DNA from: Eubacteriales bacterium
GTDB taxonomy: Bacteria; Bacillota; Clostridia; Oscillospirales; CAG-272
Direction of reading: 5' to 3'
Assembly (NCBI GenBank): GCA_045533675.1
Contig: JAZSIF010000001.1
Coordinates: 18,980 to 82,979 of the forward strand
DNA length: 64,000 bases
This document shows, piece by piece, positions 1 to 9,741 of the stretch (positions within the stretch are counted from its first letter, which is position 1; every line of letters starts with the position of its first letter). The position numbers and the translations under genes are program-made. A model generated the notes under the pieces. It saw only the letters and a program-made list of their open reading frames with translations. It searched no databases and was not told where the DNA came from.

Positions 1-1290
1 CACCTTACCCACACCGTGCATCAGGTTCAACAGATAGTTGATGGATGCGAAGATGTCATCCTTTGTAATATGCTTGGGGCAGAGCTCTGCCATTCTCTCC
101 TTGACGAGAGCCTTGAGCGCATCCACGTCGCCCTCGCTCTGCTCGAGAATTTCGAGAAGAACGGGCAGCTTTACCTTCTCGGTAATGCCGCAATCGGTCA
201 GATCGTAGCCAAGAACACACTTAGGACGGATGGTGTTGTTGGAGAACACCTTAATAACCTGTCCGTTGTCCAGCTTCAGCATGACGGAGTTGATGCCCGC
301 ATCCTCGATCGCGTGTGCCTTCTCGTTGTCCAAAAGGGTATCCGCCGAGAAGATCACCTCTCCCGTCAGAGGGCTGACGGCATCCTCAGCCAACACATGG
401 CCGCGGATACGGGAGTGGATCGCCATTTTTTTATCAAACTTATATCGACCGACGGGGGCGATGTCGTACCGCTTCGCGTCGAAGAAATAGTTCTTGATCA
501 GCTGCTGCGCGGGCTCTACCAAGGGGGGCTCTCCGGGACGGAGCTTCTTGTAGATCTCCTTGAGCGCTTCAATGCCGGGGGTGGAGCTGTTCTGGGATGC
601 CAAAAGCTCGCTCTCATCCTTATCAAAGGTAGCGGTCAGCATCTCCTCTTCCCCAAACAAACCGTAAATATCCTCACGTGTCTCAATGCCCAACGCGCGA
701 ACAAACATCGTCAAGGGAAGCTTACGGGTTTTATCGATTCTCACGTAGAGGACACCGTTGGCATCCACCTCGTACTCCAGCCATGCTCCGCGATACGGGA
801 TGATCGTTGTGCTATACGTCTCCTTGCCCGCCTTATCGATGGCATCGGCATAGTACATACCGGGCGAACGGATGATCTGTGATACGATCACTCGCTCCGC
901 GCCATTAATCACGAAGGTACCCGTCTCGGTCATAATGGGGAAATCGCCCATGAAGATGTCGGTCTGCTTGACCTCACCCGTTGCCTTGTTGGTCAGACGA
1001 ACGTTGACCTTCAAGGGCGCGGCATAGTTGGCATCCCGCTCCTTGCACTCCTCTACCGTATATTTCGGCTTCTGGTCGATCGAGTAGGAAACAAACTCAA
1101 TGACAAGATTGTCCGAATGGTCGGTAATGGGAGATACGTCACGAAGGACCTCCATCAGTCCCTCTTCCAAAAACCACTTAAAGGACTTTGTCTGAACCTC
1201 CACAAGGTTGGGAAGCTCATACGTGAATTTGGACTTCGCAAAGCTCATTCTCGTGTTTTGACCAAGCTTCTGTTCTTTTACATTCACCAT
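1..1290 (-). CDS. rpoB: DNA-directed RNA polymerase beta subunit, N-terminal part (runs off left edge)
   Basis: Not in the ORF track because it is open at the window edge. Manual minus-strand translation from the ATG at 1290 gives MVNVKEQKLGQNTRMSFAKSKFTYELPNLVEVQTKSFKWFLEEGL...FMGDFPIMTETGTFVINGAERVIVSQIIRSPG, the conserved RpoB N-terminus. The + ORF 16..882 is its antisense shadow. Confidence 0.9.
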   Translation of the reverse strand, partial: MVNVKEQKLGQNTRMSFAKSKFTYELPNLVEVQTKSFKWFLEEGLMEVLRDVSPITDHSDNLVIEFVSYSIDQKPKYTVEECKERDANYAAPLKVNVRLTNKATGEVKQTDIFMGDFPIMTETGTFVINGAERVIVSQIIRSPGMYYADAIDKAGKETYSTTIIPYRGAWLEYEVDANGVLYVRIDKTRKLPLTMFVRALGIETREDIYGLFGEEEMLTATFDKDESELLASQNSSTPGIEALKEIYKKLRPGEPPLVEPAQQLIKNYFFDAKRYDIAPVGRYKFDKKMAIHSRIRGHVLAEDAVSPLTGEVIFSADTLLDNEKAHAIEDAGINSVMLKLDNGQVIKVFSNNTIRPKCVLGYDLTDCGITEKVKLPVLLEILEQSEGDVDALKALVKERMAELCPKHITKDDIFASINYLLNLMHGVGKV

Positions 1291-1451
1291 TGATACATCG
1301 CTCCATTCCAATGTAATACCGCAGGGAATATCCCCTTGGCGGATCTTTGCCGCCTACGCCCGCACGTATAAAATAAAATACGAAAAGTTCCCGGATCCCG
1401 TATCCTTTTTTCCTCATTTGGGCATAGTGAGCAATTATATTGCAGTTTACT

Positions 1452-1480
1452 ATTATAGCACGCTTATCAAGCTTTGTCAA
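1452..1480 (-). promoter_or_regulatory. sigma-A type promoter for rpoB
   Basis: Minus strand TTGACA (1480-1475), 17-nt spacer, TATAAT (1457-1452). It lies about 160 nt upstream of the rpoB ATG. Confidence 0.5.
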
Positions 1481-1587
1481 GTTATTTTTTCAAAAAAGTT
1501 TCACTTTTTTCATATTTTTTCCTTTTTGGGAAATTCTTCCCCGCTCTTTTCTCATAAAAAATATTTTTACTTTTTTTCAAAAACCTA

Positions 1588-1616
1588 TTGCAATTTAAAT
1601 CGGTTTGTGGTATTAT
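1588..1616 (+). promoter_or_regulatory. sigma-A type promoter for rpsT
   Basis: TTGCAA (1588-1593), 17-nt spacer ending in TGg, TATTAT (1611-1616). This is an extended -10 layout. Confidence 0.55.
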
Positions 1617-1702
1617 ATGTAAATGTATGGACGAAGACGGGCGTACCCTCTCATACGCACCGCTCAGACAGATTTTACAATTCTTTACGGAGGTGAAAAT
1701 CA

Positions 1703-1963
1703 ATGCCGAATATCAAAAGCGCAAAGAAGCGTGTTCTGGTTACCGAAGCTAAGACCATGCAGAACAAAATGTTCCGTTCTCAGCTGAAGACCGACATCAA
1801 GAAATACCAGGCTGCTTTGGCTGCCGGCGATGCCGCTCTTGCTCAGGAAACCTACAAGGCCGCTGTCAAGAAGATCGATCAGGCTGCCGCACGCGGAATC
1901 ATTCATAAGAATGCTGCCGCTCACAAGAAGAGCCAGTTTACCAAAGCACTCAACAATATGTAA
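1703..1963 (+). CDS. rpsT: 30S ribosomal protein S20
   Basis: 86 aa beginning MPNIKSAKKRVLVTEAKTMQNKMFRSQLKT..., typical S20. RBS GGAGGTG lies upstream. Confidence 0.95.
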   Translation: MPNIKSAKKRVLVTEAKTMQNKMFRSQLKTDIKKYQAALAAGDAALAQETYKAAVKKIDQAAARGIIHKNAAAHKKSQFTKALNNM

Positions 1964-1965
1964 TG

Positions 1966-2006
1966 ATAACCGTGCATAGTTCTCACCGCTATGTACGGTT
2001 ATTTTA
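1966..2006 (+). terminator. intrinsic terminator after rpsT
   Basis: 12-bp stem ATAACCGTGCAT / ATGTACGGTTAT (11/12 paired) followed by TTTTACT. Confidence 0.55.
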
Positions 2007-2028
2007 CTATTCACACAAAAGGAGTATC

Positions 2029-2952
2029 ATGATCTACAAAAATATTACGGAGCTTGTGGGACACACTCCCCTGTTCTGTCCCGAAGCCCTCATTAAAAAA
2101 GAAGGCTTGCGGGCAAGGATCCTTTGTAAGCTTGAATGCTTCAATCCCGCGGGAAGCGCCAAGGATCGGGTTGCCGCCGCCATGATCGCCGACGCGGAAG
2201 CACGCGGGATTCTGCGGTCCGACTCGGTGATCGTGGAGCCTACCAGCGGAAACACGGGAATCGGCCTGTCCGCCATTGCCGCCTCACGGGGATATCGGGT
2301 GATCCTGACCATGCCCGAGACCATGAGCGTAGAGCGCCGCCGTCTGCTTTCCATGTACGGTGCCGAGATCGTGCTCACCGATGGCTCTCTCGGGATGAAG
2401 GGCTCCATTGAAAAGGCGCGGGAGATCGCCGCAACGGTACCCCATGCGTGGATTCCCTCTCAATTTGAGAATCCCGCCAACCCAAGCGCCCATGAAGCCG
2501 CCACCGCTCCCGAAATTTGGAAGGATACCGACGGCAACGTCGACATCTTCGTGGCAGGTGTGGGAACGGGAGGCACTCTGTCGGGAGTGGGCAGGTATTT
2601 GAAGCAAAGAAATCCCAACATCCGTGTCGTTGCCGTTGAGCCCGCGGCCTCGCCCCTGCTCTCTGAGGGACGGGCTGGGTCTCACGGTCTGCAAGGGATC
2701 GGCGCCAACTTTATCCCCGATAATCTTGACCGATCGGTCATCGACGAAATTCTCCCCGTTACCGAGGAACAGGCTTATGCCGCGGGAAGAGCCTTGGCAG
2801 GCACCGAGGGCATTCTTTGCGGGATTACGTCGGGTGCCGCGCTCCACGCTGCCCTTGCGCTGGCAAGGAGACCCGAAAATGAGGAAAAGACCATCGTCTG
2901 CCTCCTTCCCGACACGGGCGACCGTTATCTTTCCACCTCGTATTTTCTCTAA
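2029..2952 (+). CDS. cysK: cysteine synthase A (O-acetylserine sulfhydrylase)
   Basis: MIYKNITELVGHTPLF..., with CFNPAGSAKDR (PLP lysine) and PTSGNTGIGLS motifs. The start is set at the internal ATG preceded by AAAAGGAG. The track ORF begins earlier, at 1963. Confidence 0.9.
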   Translation: MIYKNITELVGHTPLFCPEALIKKEGLRARILCKLECFNPAGSAKDRVAAAMIADAEARGILRSDSVIVEPTSGNTGIGLSAIAASRGYRVILTMPETMSVERRRLLSMYGAEIVLTDGSLGMKGSIEKAREIAATVPHAWIPSQFENPANPSAHEAATAPEIWKDTDGNVDIFVAGVGTGGTLSGVGRYLKQRNPNIRVVAVEPAASPLLSEGRAGSHGLQGIGANFIPDNLDRSVIDEILPVTEEQAYAAGRALAGTEGILCGITSGAALHAALALARRPENEEKTIVCLLPDTGDRYLSTSYFL

Positions 2953-2983
2953 TATAAAATAATGAAGTAAAGGAGAAGCAACC

Positions 2984-4636
2984 ATGACAGAATGGATCTT
3001 AACAAAAGCCGATTTTTCCGACCATCCCGCTCTGGATTTTGAGCGAATCATGCGCCGCTGCCGTACCGAGGGAGTCCGCCGCTTGGTGGTACCCAAGGAT
3101 ACCTATTTGATCGAGGCGGATTACTGTGCCCAAGCATATCTGACGGTCTCCAATCACGGCCACAACGGCCCCAAGCGAATCGCCTTCCTCATTGAGGATA
3201 TGGAGGATTTTGAAATTGATTTCTCGGGCTCGCTTTTGATGTGCCACGGGATCCTGACCCCATTTGTCCTGCTCCGCTCCAAAAATATCCGCATTAAGGG
3301 TGTTCGCCTGGACAGCGACTTTACCCAGGCAATGGAGGCACGTGTGATTGCTCACAACGAGGATGGTTCTGTCGATTTAGAGCCCATCCGAGGCATGGAT
3401 GGCTTTAAAATTCTTGGAGGCTTACTGTTCTGCAAGCGTGCCAGCTTTCCCGGCGATCTCCAGCCTATGCATATGCAGGTAGAATTCCGTCCCGACACGG
3501 GCGAAATCGAATACGGAACAGGAGATCACACCTTTAATGTGAATCCCTCGGAAATGAAATTTGAGCAATTGGAGAACGGAAATCTCCGTTGTCACGGCAT
3601 CAAGCGGATGCCCCCCATTGGCAATGTTCTTATCTTCATGGGCTCTCGCCGTGTGGGTTCGGGCTTCTTCTTAGAGGAGTGTGACGGAGTGACCCTTTCC
3701 GACGTGATCGTTTACGCCTGCTACGGCATGGCATATATTGCCCAAATGTCGAAGAATCTTAGCCTTTCGGACTTCCACACCAAGCGCGCCGAGGGTCGCT
3801 ATCTGTCCGCCAACGCGGATGCCACCCATTTCGTCAACTGCTCGGGTGACGTGCTCGTGGAAAATTGCTCTTTTGAGGGTCAGCTGGACGATGCCTTGAA
3901 CATCCACGGGATGTACACCCGTGTCATGGAGGTCAAGGGTCGTGAGCTCTTGCTCCGCCAGATGCACATTGAAGCCACGGGCATCCGCATCTTCCATGCG
4001 GGAGATAGAATCCGCGCTCTGCCCACCGATACGCTGATCCCCTATGAAGAACACACCATCGAATCGGTGGAATACATCAACGACCGACTTTGCCGTCTGA
4101 CCCTTGATGGCTCGGCAGAGGGCATCTCCGTTGGTGACGACATCGAAAACATCAGCGCCTCGGCAAACCTGATCTTCCGAAAGAACGTGGTACAGAACAA
4201 CCGTGCCCGCGGTATGCTGATCGCCAACATCGGCACCTCTCTCATCGAGGACTGCTATTTCCACACCTCCGGCTCCTCCGTAAAGTTAGAGTGTGACGGA
4301 GAATACTGGTTTGAGTCGGGCGGAGTGGGCGAGCTGACCATCCGAGGATGCACCTTTGACCGCTGTCTCCACGGCAAATGGGGCAAAGCGATTATCGAGG
4401 CACAAAAGCGAAAGGCAGTCAAGGAAGATGCTTACTTCCACCGCCGTGTCGTCATCGAAAGCAATGACTTTATTATGTATAGCGACGGCGTGGCGCAGCT
4501 CAACAACACTGAGGAATTTGTGTTCCAAAACAACCGCATCACCCCCGCGGAAGGCTTTACTCCTTGCGTAAAAGCAACCCACATCCGCACCCTTGAGGTT
4601 CAGCCCGACGTGGCTCTGAATCCCGTGGAGGCATAA
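2984..4636 (+). CDS. right-handed parallel beta-helix repeat protein (possible glycoside hydrolase)
   Basis: 550 aa with repeated ...N.V..N....G..I... turns, for example IFRKNVVQNNRARGMLIAN and IEDCYFHTSGSSVKLE. There is no signal peptide. The family assignment is by eye only. Confidence 0.45.
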   Translation: MTEWILTKADFSDHPALDFERIMRRCRTEGVRRLVVPKDTYLIEADYCAQAYLTVSNHGHNGPKRIAFLIEDMEDFEIDFSGSLLMCHGILTPFVLLRSKNIRIKGVRLDSDFTQAMEARVIAHNEDGSVDLEPIRGMDGFKILGGLLFCKRASFPGDLQPMHMQVEFRPDTGEIEYGTGDHTFNVNPSEMKFEQLENGNLRCHGIKRMPPIGNVLIFMGSRRVGSGFFLEECDGVTLSDVIVYACYGMAYIAQMSKNLSLSDFHTKRAEGRYLSANADATHFVNCSGDVLVENCSFEGQLDDALNIHGMYTRVMEVKGRELLLRQMHIEATGIRIFHAGDRIRALPTDTLIPYEEHTIESVEYINDRLCRLTLDGSAEGISVGDDIENISASANLIFRKNVVQNNRARGMLIANIGTSLIEDCYFHTSGSSVKLECDGEYWFESGGVGELTIRGCTFDRCLHGKWGKAIIEAQKRKAVKEDAYFHRRVVIESNDFIMYSDGVAQLNNTEEFVFQNNRITPAEGFTPCVKATHIRTLEVQPDVALNPVEA

Positions 4637-4647
4637 AGGCATAAAAC

Positions 4648-4866
4648 AAAAGAAATCCGTCGGTAGCGTAGTTAGCTGTCCGACGGATTTCTTCCTTAAA
4701 AAATATTCAGTTACACGGCACACAAGGACGAGGAGTGTTTGTCAATCCTTAGAAATAATTTGTATAAAAGTTTTTGCGGAGCAGCATGAACTGCAAGTTC
4801 ATGCCCCGTAGCGAAGCAGAGGTGGTTTTCTAAAAAGCGACAAAACGCGTCCTCTCGTCCGCGCAA
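4648..4866 (+). repeat. intergenic repeat family copy A (hairpin H, middle M, tail T, plus a 43-nt insertion)
   Basis: AGAAATCCGTCGG..CCGACGGATTTCT hairpin, then TTAAAAAATATTCAGTTACACGGCACACAA, then TTTGTATAAAAGTTTTTGCGGAGC[insert]TTTTCTAAAAAGCGAC. It is homologous to the copies at 15.5, 38.7, 45.5-45.8 and 49.7 kb. Confidence 0.7.
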
Positions 4867-4867
4867 C

Positions 4868-5839
4868 CTATTCAAACCTTTTCCCCTGATATGTGCTTCT
4901 TTCAAAAAGAAGCTTATCAATGTCGTTGATCACCGACACCTTTTTGCGACTCCACTCGGGAGCAAGAAGATCGTCCCCCATACCGTCCCCCGTTACACGG
5001 GCGATGACCGTCTCGGGAGGAAGGAGCTCCAGAGCATCTACCACCAGCTCTACGTATTTCTCCTTTTCGAGAGGGGCGTACTTTCCCTCCTCGTAAAGGG
5101 TAGCTAAAGCGGTATTCCGCAGCACGTGCAACAGATGTATCTTCACCTGATCGGGACGAAGCTCTGCCACTTGACGGACCGATTCCAACATTTCGGCGCG
5201 GTCTTCTCCCGGAAGACCGAAAATCAGGTGGACACAAATCCCGATCTTGTCCGACGTATTCCGCAATCGGCGGTATCCCGCGAGAAAATCGGCAAAGGTA
5301 TGTCCTCGATTGATCAATTCCGCGGTTTTGTCATGTACGGTCTGGAGCCCTAATTCCACGGTGAGCGCCGTCCGCTCGGCAAGGTCGGCAAGATATGCCG
5401 CCACTTCGCCCTCCAGGCAATCCGCGCGGGTGGCGATATTCAGTCCCACTGCCCCCGGAAGGGTCAGCGCTTCCTCAAAAAGCTCTCTCAGACGAGTCAC
5501 GGGCGCATAGGTATTGGTGTGCGCTTGAAAATAAGGAATACACCGCTCCACGCTCCATTTGGAGCCGAGCGCTTCACGGACACGCCGATATTGCTCACCA
5601 ATCGGCAGTGTGGGACTTTCGGCAAAATCGCCGCTTCCCCGCCCCGAGCAATAGATACAACCGCCCACACCGCATCGCCCGTCAATATTGGGACAGGTAA
5701 ATCCTCCGTCCAAGGGGATCTTCGCGCATTTGCCGCCAAAGGTCTTACGCAAATAATAATCGTAGGTATGGTAGCGCTTGTTGGTATCGGTATAGGGAAA
5801 AGGATTGGACGTTCTTTGGTTGATCTTCTTCATTCTCAT
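4868..5839 (-). CDS. TIGR01212-family radical SAM protein
   Basis: 323 aa containing FTCPNIDGRCGVGGCIYCS (Cys cluster) with a YhcC-like overall layout. Confidence 0.8.
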   Translation of the reverse strand: MRMKKINQRTSNPFPYTDTNKRYHTYDYYLRKTFGGKCAKIPLDGGFTCPNIDGRCGVGGCIYCSGRGSGDFAESPTLPIGEQYRRVREALGSKWSVERCIPYFQAHTNTYAPVTRLRELFEEALTLPGAVGLNIATRADCLEGEVAAYLADLAERTALTVELGLQTVHDKTAELINRGHTFADFLAGYRRLRNTSDKIGICVHLIFGLPGEDRAEMLESVRQVAELRPDQVKIHLLHVLRNTALATLYEEGKYAPLEKEKYVELVVDALELLPPETVIARVTGDGMGDDLLAPEWSRKKVSVINDIDKLLFERSTYQGKRFE

Positions 5840-5906
5840 CCTCTTCCATTCAAAACAATTTAAAAAGGGAATCCTTGGGATTCCCTTTCATTATACTTTA
5901 GACATC

Positions 5907-7190
5907 TTATTTTGTCAAGAGCTTTTCGAGCACGGCAAGGCGCACACAGACGGTCAGAACCTCCATGGCTTCACGAAGCGCTTCGTTGGTCGGGAAGGAG
6001 GGGGCAATACGGATGTTGCTGTCCTCGGGGTCCTTTCCGTAAGGATAGGTCGCTCCCACCGTGGTCAGCACCACGCCCGCCTCACGGCAGAGGGCATACA
6101 CTCGCTTGGCGCATCCGTTCTCTACGTACAGGCTGACGAAGTAGCCGCCGCGGGGCTTGGTCCATCTTGCGGCACCGGTGTCTCCCAAATCGGCAGTGAG
6201 AACCTCATCCACGATCTCAAACTTGGGACGAAGGATCTCCGCCAGCTTCATCATATGACGGTGAACGTTCTCGGCGTTCTTGAAATACTTTACGTGGCGA
6301 AGCTGGTTGAGCTTGTCGTGTCCGATGGTCTGGATCGACATGATCTTCTTGATCTGCGCAAGATTGGGCTCGGATGCCGCCATGATCGCCACACCCGCTC
6401 CTGGGAAAGAGATCTTAGAGGTGGAGGCAAAGTAGAACACTCTGTCCTCGGTTCCGCGCTTGCGGCACTCGGCAAAAATATCGAGGAGAACGTCTCCGCC
6501 CTCTTCATACAGCTCGTGAATGGCATAGGCATTATCCCAAAAGATACGGAAGTCGGGAGCCGCCGTTTTCATTGCCGCCAAGCGTCGAACGGTTTCATCG
6601 GAATAGGTATATCCGTCAGGATTGGAATACTTGGGGTTACACCAAATGCCCTTGATGGAAGGGTCCTTGGCTACCAAAGCTTCCACCTCATCCATGTCGG
6701 GACCCGTTTTCAGCATCCGCACGGGGATCATTTCCACTCCCAAGGACTCGGTCACGGCAAAGTGACGGTCATATCCCGGAACGGGACAGAGGAAGCGAAC
6801 CTTGTCTTCCTTTCCCCAGGGACGCTCGCTTCCTACCACACCGTAGAGCATGGCACGGGCGACCGAATCGTACATTAAGTTAAGGGACGCGTTTCCGCCT
6901 ACCAGAATATATTCCTCAGGGATTCCCAAAATCTCCGAGAAGAGACGCTTCGTCTCGGGCAGACCGTCCATGATCCCGTAGTTTCGGCAATCAAAGCCAG
7001 CCTCACTCCTGCAATCCTCCGTGGTGCTCATGCAGGTCAGCATATCGTTTACCAAATCCAGTTGGGCACTGCTCGGCTTTCCTCTGGAAAGATCAAGGGA
7101 GAGCTTCTTTGCGAGAATTTCCTCGTACTTCTTCTCCACCGCTGCCTTTTCTGCCAGCAAGCCCTCGGTCGTCATCTCAAAATAATTCAT
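5907..7190 (-). CDS. PLP-dependent aminotransferase (class I/II fold)
   Basis: [12 protein letters not shown]...[15 protein letters not shown]...[12 protein letters not shown] (PLP-Lys context). The start is chosen at the ATG with GGAGGA 6 nt upstream. The track ORF starts 12 codons earlier. Confidence 0.8.
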   Translation of the reverse strand: MNYFEMTTEGLLAEKAAVEKKYEEILAKKLSLDLSRGKPSSAQLDLVNDMLTCMSTTEDCRSEAGFDCRNYGIMDGLPETKRLFSEILGIPEEYILVGGNASLNLMYDSVARAMLYGVVGSERPWGKEDKVRFLCPVPGYDRHFAVTESLGVEMIPVRMLKTGPDMDEVEALVAKDPSIKGIWCNPKYSNPDGYTYSDETVRRLAAMKTAAPDFRIFWDNAYAIHELYEEGGDVLLDIFAECRKRGTEDRVFYFASTSKISFPGAGVAIMAASEPNLAQIKKIMSIQTIGHDKLNQLRHVKYFKNAENVHRHMMKLAEILRPKFEIVDEVLTADLGDTGAARWTKPRGGYFVSLYVENGCAKRVYALCREAGVVLTTVGATYPYGKDPEDSNIRIAPSFPTNEALREAMEVLTVCVRLAVLEKLLTK

Positions 7191-7242
7191 TGGTTTCCTC
7201 CGTCGCATCTCTATATCCGATGCCATTTCTTCATACCGTTAT

Positions 7243-7271
7243 ATTATATCACAACCTTTCGGAAAAAGCAA
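7243..7271 (-). promoter_or_regulatory. sigma-A type promoter for the aminotransferase gene
   Basis: Minus strand TTGCTT, 17-nt spacer ending TGa, then TATAAT. Confidence 0.5.
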
Positions 7272-7314
7272 GATTTATTTTTAATTTTTGCAAAAAATTC
7301 ACATTTTATACGAA

Positions 7315-9741
7315 TTATTTCTGTTTTTCCCAAAATCTTCGGACAATTTCTGCAAGAGACGGAGCATTTCCTGCATATTGGACATGCTGCCAATGGTTCG
7401 GGAACAGGTGGCGGTATTTGGGTGTGGCATATCGATCATCCACAAGAACCGCCACTCCTCGGTCGCTGTCCCGACGAATGACCCGTCCCACCGCTTGAAG
7501 CACACGGTTCATTCCGGGATAGGTATAGGCATAGTCGTAGCCCTCGCCCACCGTCTCGTCGAAATGCTCCTCAATGATATTTCTCTCATTGGACATAGCA
7601 GGCAGACCCACACCGAAGATGATCGAACCGATCAGGCGACTGCCCGGAAGGTCTACCCCCTCGGAAAAAGCGCCGCCCATCACACAAAAGCCCACACGCA
7701 AATGTCCCATATCGTTACGGAACGCCCCGAGAAACTCCTCTCGCTCTACTCTCCCCATTCCCTGTTTTTGTACCACGGTCTCCACGTTGGGATATTTTCG
7801 GCGGAAGGCATTCCACACACCCGTCAGGCACTCATAGGACGGAAAGTAGGCAATATAATTTCCCGCCTTGGCACTGACCGTAGCGGCGATCGCCGTGGCA
7901 TAACGGGAAAAGCTCTTCTTTCGGTCCTCCATACGCAGGCTCAGGTAATCCGCCACCGCTACGCATAGTCCCTCGGGATCAAAGGGAGACGGAAGCGACA
8001 CACTGTGGGATCGTTTTCCCCCGCCTAAAACGTCGCAGAAATATTCGGGCGGCGTCAACGTTGCCGAAAACAGAATAGCGGCATGGGCTCGGTGAAGGAG
8101 CGCGTTCATGATTGAGGACGGATCGAGGCAATAGGTTTTGACCGTCGTATCACCGCCGTACAATTCCACGTAGCATCGAAATCCCCGATCAAAATGCTCG
8201 CTGACCGCCAAATAGCGTTTCACCGAGGACACCAATCGATGAACCTCACCCGACAGTATATGCCCGCGGTTTTCCCGAAGCCACTCCTCGCATTTTTTAC
8301 GAAGGGTATCCAGCTCCCGCTCAAATTCCGAGAGAGGCTCTCTTCCCAAATAAAAGCCCTGCTCATGCCCCTTTTCATCCTTGGTCAGACCGTCCCGACA
8401 AAGGGCTTTGAGCCGACTCATATGAATCACCACCGGAGTGAGTGCCAAGGAGAGCTTTTCTTCCTCTACCAAGAGCGAAGCAAAACGCTCCAGCTCCGAG
8501 CGGCGAATAGATGCCGAATACATCTCCCTTGCCCGATCGGCAAGATTGTGCGCCTCATCAATAAGAAACACGTAACGCTCCTCTTCTCCCTCGGCGGGCT
8601 TCCTTGAAAAATACCGTCTAAAGTAGACCATGGGATCAAAGGCATAGTTATAGTCACAGATGATCATATCACAACGCTCCGAAAGATCGAGGGAAAGCTC
8701 ATAGGGGCAGATGCCGTATTTCTTCGCTACCTCTACGACCCTTGCGGTGGGATATCCGTATCCCTCCGACAAAAGCTCCTCGATTGCCAGCGGGGCTCGG
8801 TCATAATATCCCCTTGCCCGCTCACAGTCTTGAGGATTGCAGGGATTATGCCCTCCATCTCCCGCCATTCTCGCGGGGCAGACACAGAGCTGTTCCTTAG
8901 CGGTGATCATCACTGTCCGCAGATTCACCCCCGCCTCCTTCAGCTTTGCCGCCGCGCGATAGGCTTCCCGTCCCGTAGCGGTCTTGGCGGTAAGATAAAA
9001 AATCTTTTCGATCTTTCTCTCACCCAATGCCCGCACAGCGGGATAGAGAGAGGACATAGTCTTTCCCGTTCCCGTAGGAGCTTCTACAAACAGCCGCTGT
9101 CCCCGACGGATGGCACCGTACACCTCTCGGATCATGATTTCCTGTCCCTCTCGAAGCTCGGGATATGGAAAAGGAGCCCTTGCCGCCGCCGGGAGGTCCT
9201 CAATCTCACGGAGGATCATTCGCTTGGCGCTGCTCTCCATGCGCAAAAGCCAATCCGAGACAAGCAGGCGAAGCTCGTCCACGGAATACCGATACTCAAA
9301 ATATTTCCGCTCCTCGGTATCAGGATTCAGGTAGGTGATCCTTGCCCGTATCGCCTCCCTCTCCTCCTTCAAGGCAAGAGCGTGCGCGTAAAGACGCATC
9401 TCGGTCAGGAGAAGCTCATCAGGGGGCAAGCGGAAGCCGTATCCCTTGCGAAAAGAGACTGTATCTACCGTAGGTTCTCCGTCCGAGCGGATAATCCCGT
9501 CCGCAATACCGCTGACGGTAAAATAGATTCCACCCGACAGGGCGGTAAAGGAAAGAGGAACCTCGGGATGATAATAGCCCTTTACGTCCTTTTGTAGAAG
9601 AGCGTGGATCTTAGAAGCCGACAAATGACCGCGGGTCGAAAAATCCCGCACGTGTCCGCCAAGATCGCCGCCTCCCGCCACCGCGAGCGCAAGCTCCTCT
9701 ATCGTCACTTCGACGGCGGTCCTGTTTTGATCGTATCGCAT
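7315..9741 (-). CDS. DinG/XPD (Rad3)-family ATP-dependent DNA helicase with an extra N-terminal domain
   Basis: Walker A FVEAPTGTGKT, DEAH-like FLIDEAHNL, and a 4-Cys Fe-S insert CVCPARMAGDGGHNPCNPQDC. The C-terminal helicase motifs include GAFSEGVDLPG and QAVGRVIRR. The start is taken at MRYDQ (AAGGAGG 6 nt upstream), because the track's MERRNL is encoded by the RBS itself. Confidence 0.8.
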   Translation of the reverse strand: MRYDQNRTAVEVTIEELALAVAGGGDLGGHVRDFSTRGHLSASKIHALLQKDVKGYYHPEVPLSFTALSGGIYFTVSGIADGIIRSDGEPTVDTVSFRKGYGFRLPPDELLLTEMRLYAHALALKEEREAIRARITYLNPDTEERKYFEYRYSVDELRLLVSDWLLRMESSAKRMILREIEDLPAAARAPFPYPELREGQEIMIREVYGAIRRGQRLFVEAPTGTGKTMSSLYPAVRALGERKIEKIFYLTAKTATGREAYRAAAKLKEAGVNLRTVMITAKEQLCVCPARMAGDGGHNPCNPQDCERARGYYDRAPLAIEELLSEGYGYPTARVVEVAKKYGICPYELSLDLSERCDMIICDYNYAFDPMVYFRRYFSRKPAEGEEERYVFLIDEAHNLADRAREMYSASIRRSELERFASLLVEEEKLSLALTPVVIHMSRLKALCRDGLTKDEKGHEQGFYLGREPLSEFERELDTLRKKCEEWLRENRGHILSGEVHRLVSSVKRYLAVSEHFDRGFRCYVELYGGDTTVKTYCLDPSSIMNALLHRAHAAILFSATLTPPEYFCDVLGGGKRSHSVSLPSPFDPEGLCVAVADYLSLRMEDRKKSFSRYATAIAATVSAKAGNYIAYFPSYECLTGVWNAFRRKYPNVETVVQKQGMGRVEREEFLGAFRNDMGHLRVGFCVMGGAFSEGVDLPGSRLIGSIIFGVGLPAMSNERNIIEEHFDETVGEGYDYAYTYPGMNRVLQAVGRVIRRDSDRGVAVLVDDRYATPKYRHLFPNHWQHVQYAGNAPSLAEIVRRFWEKQK

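Noticed and set aside
16-882. 288-aa + strand ORF at the left edge.
   Set aside because: It is antisense to rpoB, whose minus-strand translation is unmistakable.
1610-1665. Possible seventh copy of the repeat family in the rpsT leader. It shares TATGGACGAAG with copy B and is followed by a GC hairpin.
   Set aside because: Only about 11 nt are shared, the hairpin sequence differs, and the T and M modules are absent. It is more simply an rpsT 5'-UTR structure.
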